DNA from: Elusimicrobia bacterium CG_4_9_14_3_um_filter_62_55
GTDB lineage: Bacteria; Elusimicrobiota; Elusimicrobia; UBA1565
DNA length: 64,000 nucleotides
Direction of reading: 5' to 3'
Assembly: GCA_002790095.1 (NCBI GenBank)
Contig: PFUL01000189.1
Span: forward strand, 5,206 to 69,205
Made by a program: the position numbers and the translations under genes. The notes beneath the pieces were generated by a model, which did not search any database, had not been told where the DNA came from, and saw only the letters and a program-made list of their open reading frames with translations. Of the stretch, positions 35,893-45,614 are shown one piece after another (the first letter of the stretch is position 1; the number at the start of each line of letters is the position of its first letter).

Positions 35893-37230
35893 ATGCATCG
35901 AAAACTCTTCTACCTCTTCAACTTCCTGGTGCTGGGACTCTTCGTCGCCGCCGGGGTCGTCGATAACCACCGCGAGTGGAAAGGCTATCAGAAGCAGTAC
36001 AAGCGAATGGAGATCTCGCGCCTCGAGGGCGAACTCGCCTCGGCCGATGCGGAGCAAAAGCCGAGTTTGGAACTCGCGCTGAAAACGGCGAAGGCGATGC
36101 CCATCCGGCTTCGCCAAGCGATGTCGCCGGATTTAAACCGCTACGACCGCTGCGTTTCCTGCCATCTGGGCATAGATCCCGAAACCAACCCCGCCCAGGT
36201 CAACGCCTACGCGGAGCATCCGTTCAAAGCGGGCGACATTCCCGAACACAAAGCCCACCCGGCGAATAAATTCGCCTGCACCTCGTGCCATCAAGGCCAG
36301 GGACTCGCGACCACGATGGAGGACGCGCACGGTCTCGTGAAGCACTGGGAAGAGCCCTTGCTCCGCGACCCGTACATCCAGGGGAGCTGCGTCCGCTGCC
36401 ACGGCAACTTCGAAGAAATCCGAGGCACTGAACAAGCCAAGCGCGGCAAGGCTCTATTTGCCAAAATCGGATGCATCGGCTGCCATTCCATGAAAGGCTC
36501 CGGCGGGGAGGTTTCCGTCGATTTGGGCGACATCGCCGACAAACCGGCGTCCCGCATCGATTGGTCCAACACGGGGCCTTTGCCCCCGCACCAACGCAAC
36601 ATCCTCAACTGGATCGAAATGCACCTGACCAAGGACACGATCGAGCTCATCCCAGGGGATCCCCACGGACACTCGTGCGCCCATCTCGCCGAGTGCGAAC
36701 CCGTCGCCCCGTCCGGCATGCCCCCGTTCTATGAGGAGCTCTCCTACGAGGACGCTCAGGCTCTGACCACCTACATGCTGGGGATGACCGACAAGAAACT
36801 TCCCAAGGAATTCAAGGTTCCCGCTTCCGCCAAACCGGAGCCGCGCTATGCCGATTCGATCGAACACGGCAAGGCCGTCTTCACGAAATTCGGATGCGCC
36901 GGCTGCCACGGCGAAGGCGGAGCGTCAGGGCGTCGGAATTTCAACGCTCTCGGAGAGGGACAGGACAAGACTCGCATCCATGAGGTTTCCGAGATGGCGA
37001 AAGGCAGGGAACCGACGCTGACGAAGGTGGTCGGGACCTACAGCCGCGACGAACTCCGCAAAAAGCTCCACGACGGGGTCGCCCCGTCGTCGATCGTCAA
37101 GTTTAACCCCGACGGCCCGACGCCGCCTCTGTTTATGCCCTCGTGGAAGACGAAGATCAAGGGCCAAGAAATGGAGGCCTTGCTGGACTACCTGTTCTCG
37201 ATCGCCGAGAAATCAGGGGAGGAATGGTAA
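35893..37230 (+). CDS. Pentaheme c-type cytochrome (bc-complex associated)
   Basis: Five CxxCH motifs: CVSCH, CTSCH, CVRCH, CIGCH, CAGCH. N-terminal TM anchor. Confidence 0.75.
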   Translation: MHRKLFYLFNFLVLGLFVAAGVVDNHREWKGYQKQYKRMEISRLEGELASADAEQKPSLELALKTAKAMPIRLRQAMSPDLNRYDRCVSCHLGIDPETNPAQVNAYAEHPFKAGDIPEHKAHPANKFACTSCHQGQGLATTMEDAHGLVKHWEEPLLRDPYIQGSCVRCHGNFEEIRGTEQAKRGKALFAKIGCIGCHSMKGSGGEVSVDLGDIADKPASRIDWSNTGPLPPHQRNILNWIEMHLTKDTIELIPGDPHGHSCAHLAECEPVAPSGMPPFYEELSYEDAQALTTYMLGMTDKKLPKEFKVPASAKPEPRYADSIEHGKAVFTKFGCAGCHGEGGASGRRNFNALGEGQDKTRIHEVSEMAKGREPTLTKVVGTYSRDELRKKLHDGVAPSSIVKFNPDGPTPPLFMPSWKTKIKGQEMEALLDYLFSIAEKSGEEW

Positions 37231-37817
37231 CCATGAAACAATCACTCTTGCTTCTTTTAACGCTCTGCCTCGTCGGACCGGCGCTTGCGGCCGACTCCGT
37301 GGGGAAATCCGCCGCCGAGCTCGAGAAAGAAAAGGCGATGAAGGAACCCTTCGCCAACGATTTCGGCCCGGAAACGCTCCCGGAAAAGTATCTGAAAACG
37401 CTCTCGGCCGACGCGCAGAAGGGCTATAAGGCGCTGCGTGTTAAGTGCGCCCAATGCCACTCGGCCGCCCGTCCGCTGAACTCCCAGTTCGTCGAGACCG
37501 GCGGCAAGGACAAGGCCGCGCGCGAAGCGGCCGCGGCAAAACTGCAGAAATCCCACCCGGAACTCTTCGACAAGGAACATAAGAACCTTTGGCAGATCGA
37601 AGGCGCGATCTGGCAGCGCTACGTGAAGCGGATGATGAACAAGCCCGGCTGCGAAGTCACGAAGGAAGACGGCAAGGTCATCTGGAAGTTCCTGTCGGAA
37701 GATTCCCGCGAACGTAAACTGGAAAAACAGAAGGAATGGACCGCGCACCGCGAAAAGCTTCTCTCGGAATTCAAGAAAAACCACCCCGGCCGATATAAAG
37801 AACTCTATGCGCACTAA
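37224..37817 (+). CDS. Monoheme c-type cytochrome, secreted
   Basis: Signal peptide MKQSLLLLLTLCLVGPALA. Single CAQCH. Six-frame N-terminal extension rejected. Confidence 0.6.
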   Translation: MVTMKQSLLLLLTLCLVGPALAADSVGKSAAELEKEKAMKEPFANDFGPETLPEKYLKTLSADAQKGYKALRVKCAQCHSAARPLNSQFVETGGKDKAAREAAAAKLQKSHPELFDKEHKNLWQIEGAIWQRYVKRMMNKPGCEVTKEDGKVIWKFLSEDSRERKLEKQKEWTAHREKLLSEFKKNHPGRYKELYAH

Positions 37818-38415
37818 GTCCCTGATCATCGCCGCCCTTTGCGCCGTCGCCGTCGGCTGCGCCAACCGCGCGTCGGAAGGGAAAAAGCTCCCGCTCGAAC
37901 TCGCGCAAATGGCCAAGAACGGAACGCTTCCCTACGCCCAAAAGGAAACCTCGGCGGCCGCCGGCGCCGCGGTCGACCCGGTCAAGGCCGCCCTCGAACA
38001 GTCTCTCAAGGAACCCTACGCCAACGACTTCGGGCCGGAATCCGTCAGCATCGCCGGCTACCCCGCGAAGGAACAGGAAGGCTATAAGAACTTCCTTGCC
38101 AAATGCACGCAGTGTCACTCCGCCGCCCGACCGCTGAACGCCCAGTATATCGACGACAACGCCGCGACCACGGACAAGTGGGTCTCCCATCATGAGAGCG
38201 GGGTCTGGAAGCGATTCGTCAAGCGCATGATGGCCAAACCCGGCTGCGCGGTGACGCCCGAAGAGGCCGGCGGCATCGTCGCGTTTCTCGTGCACGACTC
38301 GAAGGTCCGCAAGACGGGGGCGAACGCCGCCGCCTGGAAGGCGCGGCGCAAGAAGCTGCTCGCGGACTTCAAGAAGAAGCACCCGAAGCGCTACACGCTG
38401 CTGTACGGAAACTAG
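37807..38415 (+). CDS. Monoheme c-type cytochrome lipoprotein (paralog of the preceding gene)
   Basis: Lipobox AVAVGCA. Single CTQCH. Shares KEPxANDFGPE and KRMMxKPGC blocks with the upstream paralog. Confidence 0.6.
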   Translation: MRTKSLIIAALCAVAVGCANRASEGKKLPLELAQMAKNGTLPYAQKETSAAAGAAVDPVKAALEQSLKEPYANDFGPESVSIAGYPAKEQEGYKNFLAKCTQCHSAARPLNAQYIDDNAATTDKWVSHHESGVWKRFVKRMMAKPGCAVTPEEAGGIVAFLVHDSKVRKTGANAAAWKARRKKLLADFKKKHPKRYTLLYGN

Positions 38416-38418
38416 AAT

Positions 38419-39012
38419 TTAGAGAAGCCCTTTCGCCGTCTTCAGCAGCGCCTTGATCGAGACCGGATCGTCGGAGTCGAAATACCCGACGATCCGGTTT
38501 TTTCCGTCAACCAGGACCAGGTTCTTCGAGTGCAGGATCATCTCGTCGGCGCTTGTCCCGTCGGCGACGGGAAGCTTGAACCCCTCGATGCAGAGCGTGC
38601 GCACCACGCCGGGGCCTCCGGTCAGAAAAATCCAATCCGCGCCGAGGCCGCGCTTGTACTTCGCCAAGCGCTCGGGCGTGTCGCCCGGGTCGACGCTGAA
38701 GGAAACGAGGCCGAGCGCGGGAATTTTCCGCCGGATTCGCTTCATCTTCGCCGCCATCATCGGGCATTGCGTCCCGCAATTGGTGAAGACGAACGCTCCG
38801 AGCCAGGCGCCCTTGAGGTCCGACGAGGAGAAAGGCTTGCCGGAGTCGTCGGTCAGCGAAAACGAGGGGATCGCAACGGGTTGGGCAAGCAGCGTCGCGC
38901 CGGGAACCGGAGTCGACGGTCTCCTCCGCACGACGACAAATAGCCCAAGCCCGCCCGTGATCGCAAGAAGCGCCGAGAAAACGACCGCGTTCTTCTTGAG
39001 GAGATCGATCAT
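38419..39012 (-). CDS. SCO1/SenC family copper chaperone (thioredoxin-like)
   Basis: CxxxC motif FTNCGTQCP, conserved His region, N-terminal TM. ATGA overlap with ctaB. Confidence 0.75.
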   Translation of the reverse strand: MIDLLKKNAVVFSALLAITGGLGLFVVVRRRPSTPVPGATLLAQPVAIPSFSLTDDSGKPFSSSDLKGAWLGAFVFTNCGTQCPMMAAKMKRIRRKIPALGLVSFSVDPGDTPERLAKYKRGLGADWIFLTGGPGVVRTLCIEGFKLPVADGTSADEMILHSKNLVLVDGKNRIVGYFDSDDPVSIKALLKTAKGLL

Positions 39013-39842
39013 ACGGCCAGGATCAGAGTAAAGACGGCGGGTAGGTAGAGCAGGCTCGCGCGAAACAGCCGCCGGGTATCGGTCTCGCCGAGCGTCCAGC
39101 TCGCGCGAAGGCCTACCGCCAAAAAGGCCGCTCCGAAGAGCAGGGCGCCGTAGCCGTAGGCCAATCCGGAGATTCCGAAATAGGTGGGAAGCATCGAGGC
39201 GACCAAGAGCGAGAAAGAATGAATCGCGATTTGAACGCGCGTCGAGCCGCCCTCCGGGTCGAGTACCGGCGCGACTTTAAAGCCCGCCCGCGCGTAGTCC
39301 TCGCGGTACAGCCAAAACAGCGCGAGGAAATGGGGGATCTGCCACAGCAGCTGAATCGCGAACAAAAGCCAGGCCCCGAGTTCGAGTCCACCGGTGGCGG
39401 CGGACCATCCGATCATGGGCGCAATCGCGCCGCTGACCGCGCCGAACCAGGTGCTTTGCGGGGTAAGGCGCTTGAGGGGGGTATAGAAGGCGATATACAA
39501 GGTGATCGTCGCCGCGGCGAGCACGGCGGATAGGGAATTGACGAACATCGCCAACAACGCGACGCCCCAGGCCCCGCAGGCAAACCCGAAAACCAAAGCC
39601 GTCCCCGGCTCCATGCGTCCTGCCGGCAGAGGACGATTCTTCGTGCGCTTCATCAGCGCGTCCGCGTCCCGCTCGAGGTACTGGTTTAGCGCCCCGCAGG
39701 AAGAAGAGGCGAGAACCGTTCCGAGCACGCACCACAAAAGGACGGATCCGTCGATGCCGCCCGCGAGGCGATAGCCGACGGCGGCCGTCAGCGCCACCAA
39801 AGAGGCGATGCGCGGCTTCGCGAGGATGAGATAGTCCTTCAC
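39009..39842 (-). CDS. ctaB: Protoheme IX farnesyltransferase (heme O synthase)
   Basis: UbiA-family motifs (NQYLERDADALMKRTKNRPLP). The GTG start at 39842 overlaps the ctaA TGA (GTGA); the six-frame ORF to 40562 is rejected. Confidence 0.8.
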   Translation of the reverse strand: MKDYLILAKPRIASLVALTAAVGYRLAGGIDGSVLLWCVLGTVLASSSCGALNQYLERDADALMKRTKNRPLPAGRMEPGTALVFGFACGAWGVALLAMFVNSLSAVLAAATITLYIAFYTPLKRLTPQSTWFGAVSGAIAPMIGWSAATGGLELGAWLLFAIQLLWQIPHFLALFWLYREDYARAGFKVAPVLDPEGGSTRVQIAIHSFSLLVASMLPTYFGISGLAYGYGALLFGAAFLAVGLRASWTLGETDTRRLFRASLLYLPAVFTLILAV

Positions 39843-40690
39843 GCCCGCTTCACCGCTCCGACACGGTACGCGCGCATCGTCCATAACACCGTCGCCGCTA
39901 AAATCAACGCCCCCATCGCCTGATGCGCCGTCGGAAGCAAAGCAAGGACGCCGATCGCCCGCGCGTCGCGCCCGAGCAAGGCGCCCAGACCGAGAAAAAC
40001 CTGCAGAAGCGCCATCACCATCATGACGATCGAAACGCCGCGAACAGCGGGCCCGCCGTCGCTTTGCCCCAAATAGGCAGCCCGGGAAACGGCCCAGAAA
40101 GCCGCCGCGGCCCCGATTAAGTGGGGAACAAGACCCGCCCCCGTATGCCGCAAATACGCCCCTAAGGCGAGTTGGACGAAAAGAAGACCGATCGCGAGGG
40201 CTCCCGCCTTCCAAAGAGTTCCGCCGGGCGTCTCGGACGCCTCCCGGTACCAGGAAGAGCTTCCTTGGGCGATCGCGATCAAACAGGCGAACAACCCTTG
40301 CCCCAAAACCGCGTGGCTCGCCGAAATCTGCGGAGGAAGGCCGAAAAGAACCGTGACTCCGCCCAGCACGCCCTGGAGAACGATCCCCACGGCGGCGGCC
40401 AAGGACAACCGCCGCATCCAGCGCCGCTCGTCCGTGAAATGAATCCAAACGGCGAGAATCCAGGTCAGCGCGCCGACCATTCCCGCGATCATCCGGTGGC
40501 CGTGCTCGAAATACACCCCGCCGACCATCGCGGGCATGAATCGACCGTAGGACATCGGCCAATCCGGCACGGCAAGCCCGGAACCCGTCGAGGTCACCAT
40601 CCCGCCGGCAAACAGGACAAAAAACGCGTAGAACGCCGACACGGCGGCGAAGCGGTGAAACGGCGATTCGCTCTCTTTCATAGCGGCCAC
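39839..40690 (-). CDS. ctaA: Heme A synthase (COX15/CtaA)
   Basis: Eight TM helices with conserved His pairs (EHGHRMIAG, HAVLGQGLF). Located in the cytochrome oxidase operon. Confidence 0.7.
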   Translation of the reverse strand: MAAMKESESPFHRFAAVSAFYAFFVLFAGGMVTSTGSGLAVPDWPMSYGRFMPAMVGGVYFEHGHRMIAGMVGALTWILAVWIHFTDERRWMRRLSLAAAVGIVLQGVLGGVTVLFGLPPQISASHAVLGQGLFACLIAIAQGSSSWYREASETPGGTLWKAGALAIGLLFVQLALGAYLRHTGAGLVPHLIGAAAAFWAVSRAAYLGQSDGGPAVRGVSIVMMVMALLQVFLGLGALLGRDARAIGVLALLPTAHQAMGALILAATVLWTMRAYRVGAVKRA

Positions 40691-40950
40691 CGCTCCTGAG
40701 ACCCCTCGCCTTCTTTCATTAAACCCATCTTGGCGTACAGCTTGGCCTTCTCGCGCTCGGAACGTCGGATGTAGCAGACCAAAGATCCGAGAATCGCGAA
40801 CACCGAGACGAGCATCATCCCGCCGCCGATATAGAAGGCCTTGGCAAGGTCCTTGTTGTCTCCGGTGCCGAAACAGGTCGCGCAGGACCAGGCCTCACCG
40901 GGAAGAAAAATTAAAGATAAATAGAGGAAATTAAGAATTCGCATCCGCAC
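40678..40950 (-). CDS. Small membrane protein in the oxidase operon (contains CATCFG)
   Basis: 90-aa ORF with a signal/TM segment and a CxxC. Overlaps the ctaA start by 13 nt. The function is unknown. Confidence 0.35.
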   Translation of the reverse strand: MRMRILNFLYLSLIFLPGEAWSCATCFGTGDNKDLAKAFYIGGGMMLVSVFAILGSLVCYIRRSEREKAKLYAKMGLMKEGEGSQERWPL

Positions 40951-41134
40951 CCTTTCGCAAAAACCACTGGAGATACGGCAGTCCCGCGGCCAAACCGATC
41001 ACCGAGCAGAAAGCAAGCGCGAAGTTGAACCCGCCCGAGCCCTCCAGCGCGCGCTGAACCGACCACGCGCCCAGGAAGGACAAGAGTCCGAGCGAGACGA
41101 TGATGAAGAAGATATGAAAGGACCGAAGGGACAT
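40931..41134 (-). CDS. Small two-TM membrane protein in the oxidase operon
   Basis: 67 aa with two hydrophobic segments. Overlaps the adjacent small ORF by 20 nt. Confidence 0.35.
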   Translation of the reverse strand: MSLRSFHIFFIIVSLGLLSFLGAWSVQRALEGSGGFNFALAFCSVIGLAAGLPYLQWFLRKGADANS

Positions 41135-41158
41135 CGTACGCCTCTATTATAACACCGT

Positions 41159-41557
41159 TTAGTGAGACGCGCCGCCCTTTTCTTCGGAGTGCGCGGTCTT
41201 ACCGGTATCCAAAATCGCGGGGTGCGCGTCATGCACATTCCGGTCGGTGATCAGCGCGAAATCGGCGATCGGAAGAACGAACAGGAACACCGCGAAAAAC
41301 GCGGTCAACCCCAACACGTAGTAAATCAGGGCCTTCTCCCACTTGAGATGCATAAAAAAGGAGACGACGAGCGCGGCCTTGCCTACCGCGATCGCCAAGC
41401 CGATCAAGAGACCGAACGGCTTCGGGAAATGGAAATACGAGACCCCGACGGTCAAAGCGGTCAGCACGCACAGCATGCCGAACACCTTCAGGTAAAGGGC
41501 TTCGTGATCCTCGTGATGCGCCGCCGAAGCGGTTTCGGAAGGGGTCGTTTCGTTCAT
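41159..41557 (-). CDS. Cytochrome c oxidase subunit IV (bacterial CoxD-like)
   Basis: 132 aa with a His-rich N-terminus and two TM helices. Immediately downstream of subunit III. The six-frame ORF to 42229 is rejected. Confidence 0.55.
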   Translation of the reverse strand: MNETTPSETASAAHHEDHEALYLKVFGMLCVLTALTVGVSYFHFPKPFGLLIGLAIAVGKAALVVSFFMHLKWEKALIYYVLGLTAFFAVFLFVLPIADFALITDRNVHDAHPAILDTGKTAHSEEKGGASH

Positions 41558-41559
41558 GA

Positions 41560-42141
41560 TCAAAGCAGATAAAGCGCCGGGAAGAGGAAAATCCACACGA
41601 CGTCGACGAAGTGCCAATACAACCCCGCGTATTCGACCCGTCCCTCGAAGAGCTTGTCGTCCCAGCCGCCGTTCTTGGCCCACCACATCAGGCCCAGGTT
41701 CCACGCGATGCCTACGATCACGTGCAGGCCGTGAAGCCCGGTCATCACAAAGTAGATCGAGTAGAAGATATTCGTCGAAGGGAAAATCCCGTGGGAAAAT
41801 TTGACGCCGTATTCGACCGCCTTCACGATAAGGAAGCCGAACGACAGCAGCACGGTCAGCGCCATGAAGGCGGAGAAGCCCTTCTGGTCGCGCTTCTGCA
41901 CCCGGGAATGCGCCGTCACGATCGTGACCGAAGAGGCGATCAGGATAAAGGTGTTGAGGGTCGCCAACGGAACGTTGAGCACTTCCCAACCGACGGGCCA
42001 CGCAGGCGCGGCCGTCCGCAGAATGATGTAGGAGGTGAACAAGGTCCCGAAGAGCATGATCTCGGAAGCCAAAAACAGCCATAGGGCGAGCTTCCCGTCC
42101 GGGATTCCGACGTTCTCGTACGCAACGGTTTCCGTGCTCAT
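41560..42141 (-). CDS. Cytochrome c oxidase subunit III
   Basis: Conserved CoxIII helices (HVIVGIAWNLGLMWWA, YWHFVDVVWIFLF). Confidence 0.85.
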   Translation of the reverse strand: MSTETVAYENVGIPDGKLALWLFLASEIMLFGTLFTSYIILRTAAPAWPVGWEVLNVPLATLNTFILIASSVTIVTAHSRVQKRDQKGFSAFMALTVLLSFGFLIVKAVEYGVKFSHGIFPSTNIFYSIYFVMTGLHGLHVIVGIAWNLGLMWWAKNGGWDDKLFEGRVEYAGLYWHFVDVVWIFLFPALYLL

Positions 42142-43868
42142 CGGGCCGCCTCCGCATGTTCGCGGCTCTGGGGGAGCCAGTCTTCGTTATGATCCGGATG
42201 CGAGTATTCGTAGGGTCCGCGATAAACACGGGGAACCTTCGCGAAGTTGCCGTGGGGCGGCGGAGAGGGACAGTCCCAGTCGAGCGTCGTCGCCTTCCAC
42301 GGGTTGGAATCGACGAGTTCTCCGCGGAACATGCTATTGAAGAAGTTGTATATGAACGGGATCTGGAACAGCATCAGTGCGATCGCCGAAATGGTGCTGA
42401 GCACATGCATCGGCTGCCCAATCAGGTTGTGAAGCTGGGCAGTCGGATCGAAGAGCCGCCGAGACTGGCCCTGCAGACCGATCACGAGCATCGGCATCAA
42501 GATCCCGTTCATCGCGATCACCGAACCCCAGAAATGAATCTTGCCGAGGCAGTCGTCCATCTTCCTTCCGAACATCTTCGGGAACCAATGATACACGCCC
42601 CCGAACAGGCCCATCAGCGAGCCGGTCACAACGACGTAATGGAAATGCCCGATCACGTAGTAGGTGTCGTGCAGATAGATATCGGTCACCGTCAACCCCA
42701 GGGGAAGCCCGGTCAACCCGCCGATGCCGAACATAGGAAGGAAGGACAACGCAAAGAGCATCGGCGTGGTAAACCGGATCGACGCGCCCTTCAAGCTCAG
42801 AATCAGGCAGGTCAACAGCGCCACCGAAGGGACCGAGATGATCATCGTCGTGATCAGGAAGAAATTCGATAGCGCCGGAGACATGCCGCTGAGGAACATG
42901 TGATGCGCCCAGACGAGGAAGCTCATTGCGGCGATGGACATCATCGCGTACACCATTTCCTTGTAGCCGAACAGGGGCTTGCGCGTGTTGGTCGCGATGA
43001 TTTCACTGATGATCCCGAACGGGGGGAGAATCAGCACATACACCTCGGGATGCGCCAGGAACCAGAAGAGATGCTGGTAGAGCAGCACCGCGCCGCCGCC
43101 GGCGTATTGGGCGGCCTGGCCCGCCACGACGAGACCGTCGGGCATAAAGAAACTCGTGTGCAGAACGCGGTCGGACAACTGAAGGATCGCCGCCGCCTCG
43201 AGCGGAGGGAACGCCAATAACAGAATGAACGCCGTCACAAACTGGGACCAGCAAAACAGCGGCATGCGCCATAGCGTCATGCCCGGCGCGCGCAGGTTCA
43301 GCACGGTCACGATGAAGTTCATCGACCCTAAAAGCGAGGAGGTGATCAGAAACACCATCGACAGCAGCCATACCGTCTGCCCCGGATTGATGACCGACAA
43401 AGGGGGGTAGGAGGTCCAGCCGGATTGGGCCGCTCCGCCGGGCATCAGAAACGACGAGAGCATCAAAATCCCGCCGGGCAGGTAGACCCAATAGGACAGC
43501 ATGTTCATACGGGGAAAGGCCATATCCGGCGCGCCGATCTGAATCGGCATCACATAGTTGCCGAACGCCCCGACGGCCAAGGGGACGATGCCCAAGAAGA
43601 CCATGATCGTCCCGTGCATCGCGCCCATCTGGTTGTAACCGGTAGGTCCGAGGATTCCGCCCGGGGCGAACGTCGCCGGAAGCAACTTCCCGAAAATCGG
43701 GATCACGGTTCCCGGAAAGGCGAGCTGCCAGCGCATGATCAGGATCATCGTGAACCCGATCAAAAGGAAAATAAACGAGGTGATCATGTACTGGAGGCCG
43801 ATCACCTTGTGGTCGACTGAGAAAATGTACTTCTCGGTGAAGGAAAGTTCGTGTCCGTGCTCGCTCAT
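42138..43868 (-). CDS. Cytochrome c oxidase subunit I
   Basis: 12-TM heme-copper oxidase with conserved His ligands (WAHHMF, HFHYV). Start ATG 43868 (MSEHGHEL). Confidence 0.9.
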   Translation of the reverse strand: MSEHGHELSFTEKYIFSVDHKVIGLQYMITSFIFLLIGFTMILIMRWQLAFPGTVIPIFGKLLPATFAPGGILGPTGYNQMGAMHGTIMVFLGIVPLAVGAFGNYVMPIQIGAPDMAFPRMNMLSYWVYLPGGILMLSSFLMPGGAAQSGWTSYPPLSVINPGQTVWLLSMVFLITSSLLGSMNFIVTVLNLRAPGMTLWRMPLFCWSQFVTAFILLLAFPPLEAAAILQLSDRVLHTSFFMPDGLVVAGQAAQYAGGGAVLLYQHLFWFLAHPEVYVLILPPFGIISEIIATNTRKPLFGYKEMVYAMMSIAAMSFLVWAHHMFLSGMSPALSNFFLITTMIISVPSVALLTCLILSLKGASIRFTTPMLFALSFLPMFGIGGLTGLPLGLTVTDIYLHDTYYVIGHFHYVVVTGSLMGLFGGVYHWFPKMFGRKMDDCLGKIHFWGSVIAMNGILMPMLVIGLQGQSRRLFDPTAQLHNLIGQPMHVLSTISAIALMLFQIPFIYNFFNSMFRGELVDSNPWKATTLDWDCPSPPPHGNFAKVPRVYRGPYEYSHPDHNEDWLPQSREHAEAAR

Positions 43869-43873
43869 GGGGT

Positions 43874-44650
43874 CTACCACTCTTCCGTTGCGCCGCTGGG
43901 TCCCGCCTTTTTGACAGGAGCCATTGAGGCAAACCACCGATCGTAGTCGGTCCGGCTTTGCACCTTCACGTCGGCGCGCATGATCGCGTGTCCGACGCCG
44001 CACAACTGCGCACAGGTGACTTCATAATCCCCCTCGAGCGTCGGCTCGAACCACAGAGGGACGACCATTCCCGGAACCGCGTCCTGCTTGATGCGGAAGG
44101 CGGGGATAAAGAAGCTGTGGATAACGTCCTTGGAGCTCAGGCGCGCGAGGACGGGCTTCCCGACCGGGAAATGCATGTCGTTGACCGTCACGAAATCGTC
44201 GGCGCCGGCGGGATCGGTCGGATCGATGCCCAGCGGATTGGAGAAGTCAATAAGCGCCGCGCTGCGCTTACCGAATTTCCCGTCGGGCCCAGGGTAATGA
44301 ACGTTCCAGTTGAACTGTTCCGCGACGATGTTGACAACGATCGAGTCTTTTTCATCGGGAAGGCTCATCTTCAAACTGCTCCACGTCGGGATCACGTACA
44401 GCGCCACCACGGAAAGCTCAAAGAACAGCACGGCGGCGTCGGGGGCGAGTGATTTCCAATGGTCAATGTGGATGCGCTCGGCCTTATGGCCGTCCCGCTG
44501 GCGGTAGGCCACCAAGAGATAGGCGAAGAAAATCGTCCAGAGCACGAAGATCAAGATCATCGCGGCGTGGATGATCCAAAGACCCAGGTCGATTCTCGCC
44601 GCGAAACTGGAGGCCTGCACCGGGAGGAGCCAGGAGTAATTGCCCATCAC
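43874..44650 (-). CDS. Cytochrome c oxidase subunit II (CuA)
   Basis: CuA site H...CAQLCGVGHAIM. Two N-terminal TM helices. Start GTG 44650 (GTGA overlap) or ATG 44647. Confidence 0.85.
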   Translation of the reverse strand: MMGNYSWLLPVQASSFAARIDLGLWIIHAAMILIFVLWTIFFAYLLVAYRQRDGHKAERIHIDHWKSLAPDAAVLFFELSVVALYVIPTWSSLKMSLPDEKDSIVVNIVAEQFNWNVHYPGPDGKFGKRSAALIDFSNPLGIDPTDPAGADDFVTVNDMHFPVGKPVLARLSSKDVIHSFFIPAFRIKQDAVPGMVVPLWFEPTLEGDYEVTCAQLCGVGHAIMRADVKVQSRTDYDRWFASMAPVKKAGPSGATEEW

Positions 44651-45351
44651 CACTCCTCCGCCTTTTCTTCGACGCCGTGATCGTCCAGAGATAAAAGGTA
44701 GGCGGCGACGGCCTCGATTTCTTCCTGCTTCAGCTTCGCTTCCCAGCGGGGCATGTAGAGCAGGGGATCGGGCCCGGCTGGGTCGGCCTTCACCGAGTGC
44801 CGAACGCCTTTGGCAATCCGGGCGATCAACTCATCGCGCGAGTAGGTATCTTTAACCGTTGAAATCTTCGGGATCTCGCCGCCGACGACGTTATTGTTCG
44901 GATAGCCCCCAACGCCGCCCTTCCCGTGACACGTAATGCAGCCCACGCGGCTGTAAATTTCACCGCCGCGTTTGACCGAATCGCCGGCGAACTGCGGAGC
45001 ATCCCACGGGCGCCCTTCCCTTATATAGAAATCGCCCTGAAGCGTGGCGAGGTAGGCCACGATGTCCTTGCGCACCGCTTCCCGCAGGTAGAAGTTCGGC
45101 ATCGAGACATGCGGCTTCCACGCCTGCGGATTGATCAGCCAGCGTTCAAGGAAATCGGACGACTTCCGGAAACCCACGAACGTGAGGTCCGGGCCGAGCA
45201 CGCCCCCTTCGCCGTTCACGGTGTGGCACTTCGTGCATTTATAGGCTTGAAAGGAAGCACGGCCGCGCTCGACTGGGGAGTCGTGGCCGAGCTGACAAGC
45301 GGAGAGGGTGCCGGCGAAGATAAGCAGCGCAGCGAGACGGAGCCGGTTCAT
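44647..45351 (-). CDS. Diheme c-type cytochrome lipoprotein
   Basis: Two CxxCH motifs (CTKCH, CITCH). Lipobox LSAC after MNRLRLAALLIFAGT. The six-frame N-terminal extension is rejected. Confidence 0.7.
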   Translation of the reverse strand: MNRLRLAALLIFAGTLSACQLGHDSPVERGRASFQAYKCTKCHTVNGEGGVLGPDLTFVGFRKSSDFLERWLINPQAWKPHVSMPNFYLREAVRKDIVAYLATLQGDFYIREGRPWDAPQFAGDSVKRGGEIYSRVGCITCHGKGGVGGYPNNNVVGGEIPKISTVKDTYSRDELIARIAKGVRHSVKADPAGPDPLLYMPRWEAKLKQEEIEAVAAYLLSLDDHGVEEKAEEW

Positions 45352-45352
45352 T

Positions 45353-45614
45353 CGCGTAAATAGTAAAAAAATCGCGGCCATAATGTCAATAAATCGCGTT
45401 AGCAACGGTATTTCCCGCCAATCCCCTCCCTGTCCCGTGCGGAAACACTCCTGTCGCAAGCGGATTTGAGGCAAAAATCCGACATCAGGGCAAATTTCGC
45501 ACCCATTTTTTAAAAATTTTTGCATTCTCAAGGGATGTACATTGCTAAGATCAAAATATTGTGATATTTTAGCAGAGGAAGGGACGGTCAATCTGAAGTT
45601 GAAAGAGGATTTGA
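45353..45614. promoter_or_regulatory. AT-rich divergent intergenic/promoter region (oxidase operon leftward, glnN rightward)
   Basis: About 260 bp well below the window's GC. Contains the palindromes ATGTACAT and TTTTTTAAAAA and TTGCT-AAG-ATCAA. Confidence 0.3.

Noticed and set aside
45353-45614. Sigma-54 (-24/-12) promoter for glnN
   Set aside because: No TGGCAC-N5-TTGCA arrangement with correct spacing was found; only an isolated TTGCA.
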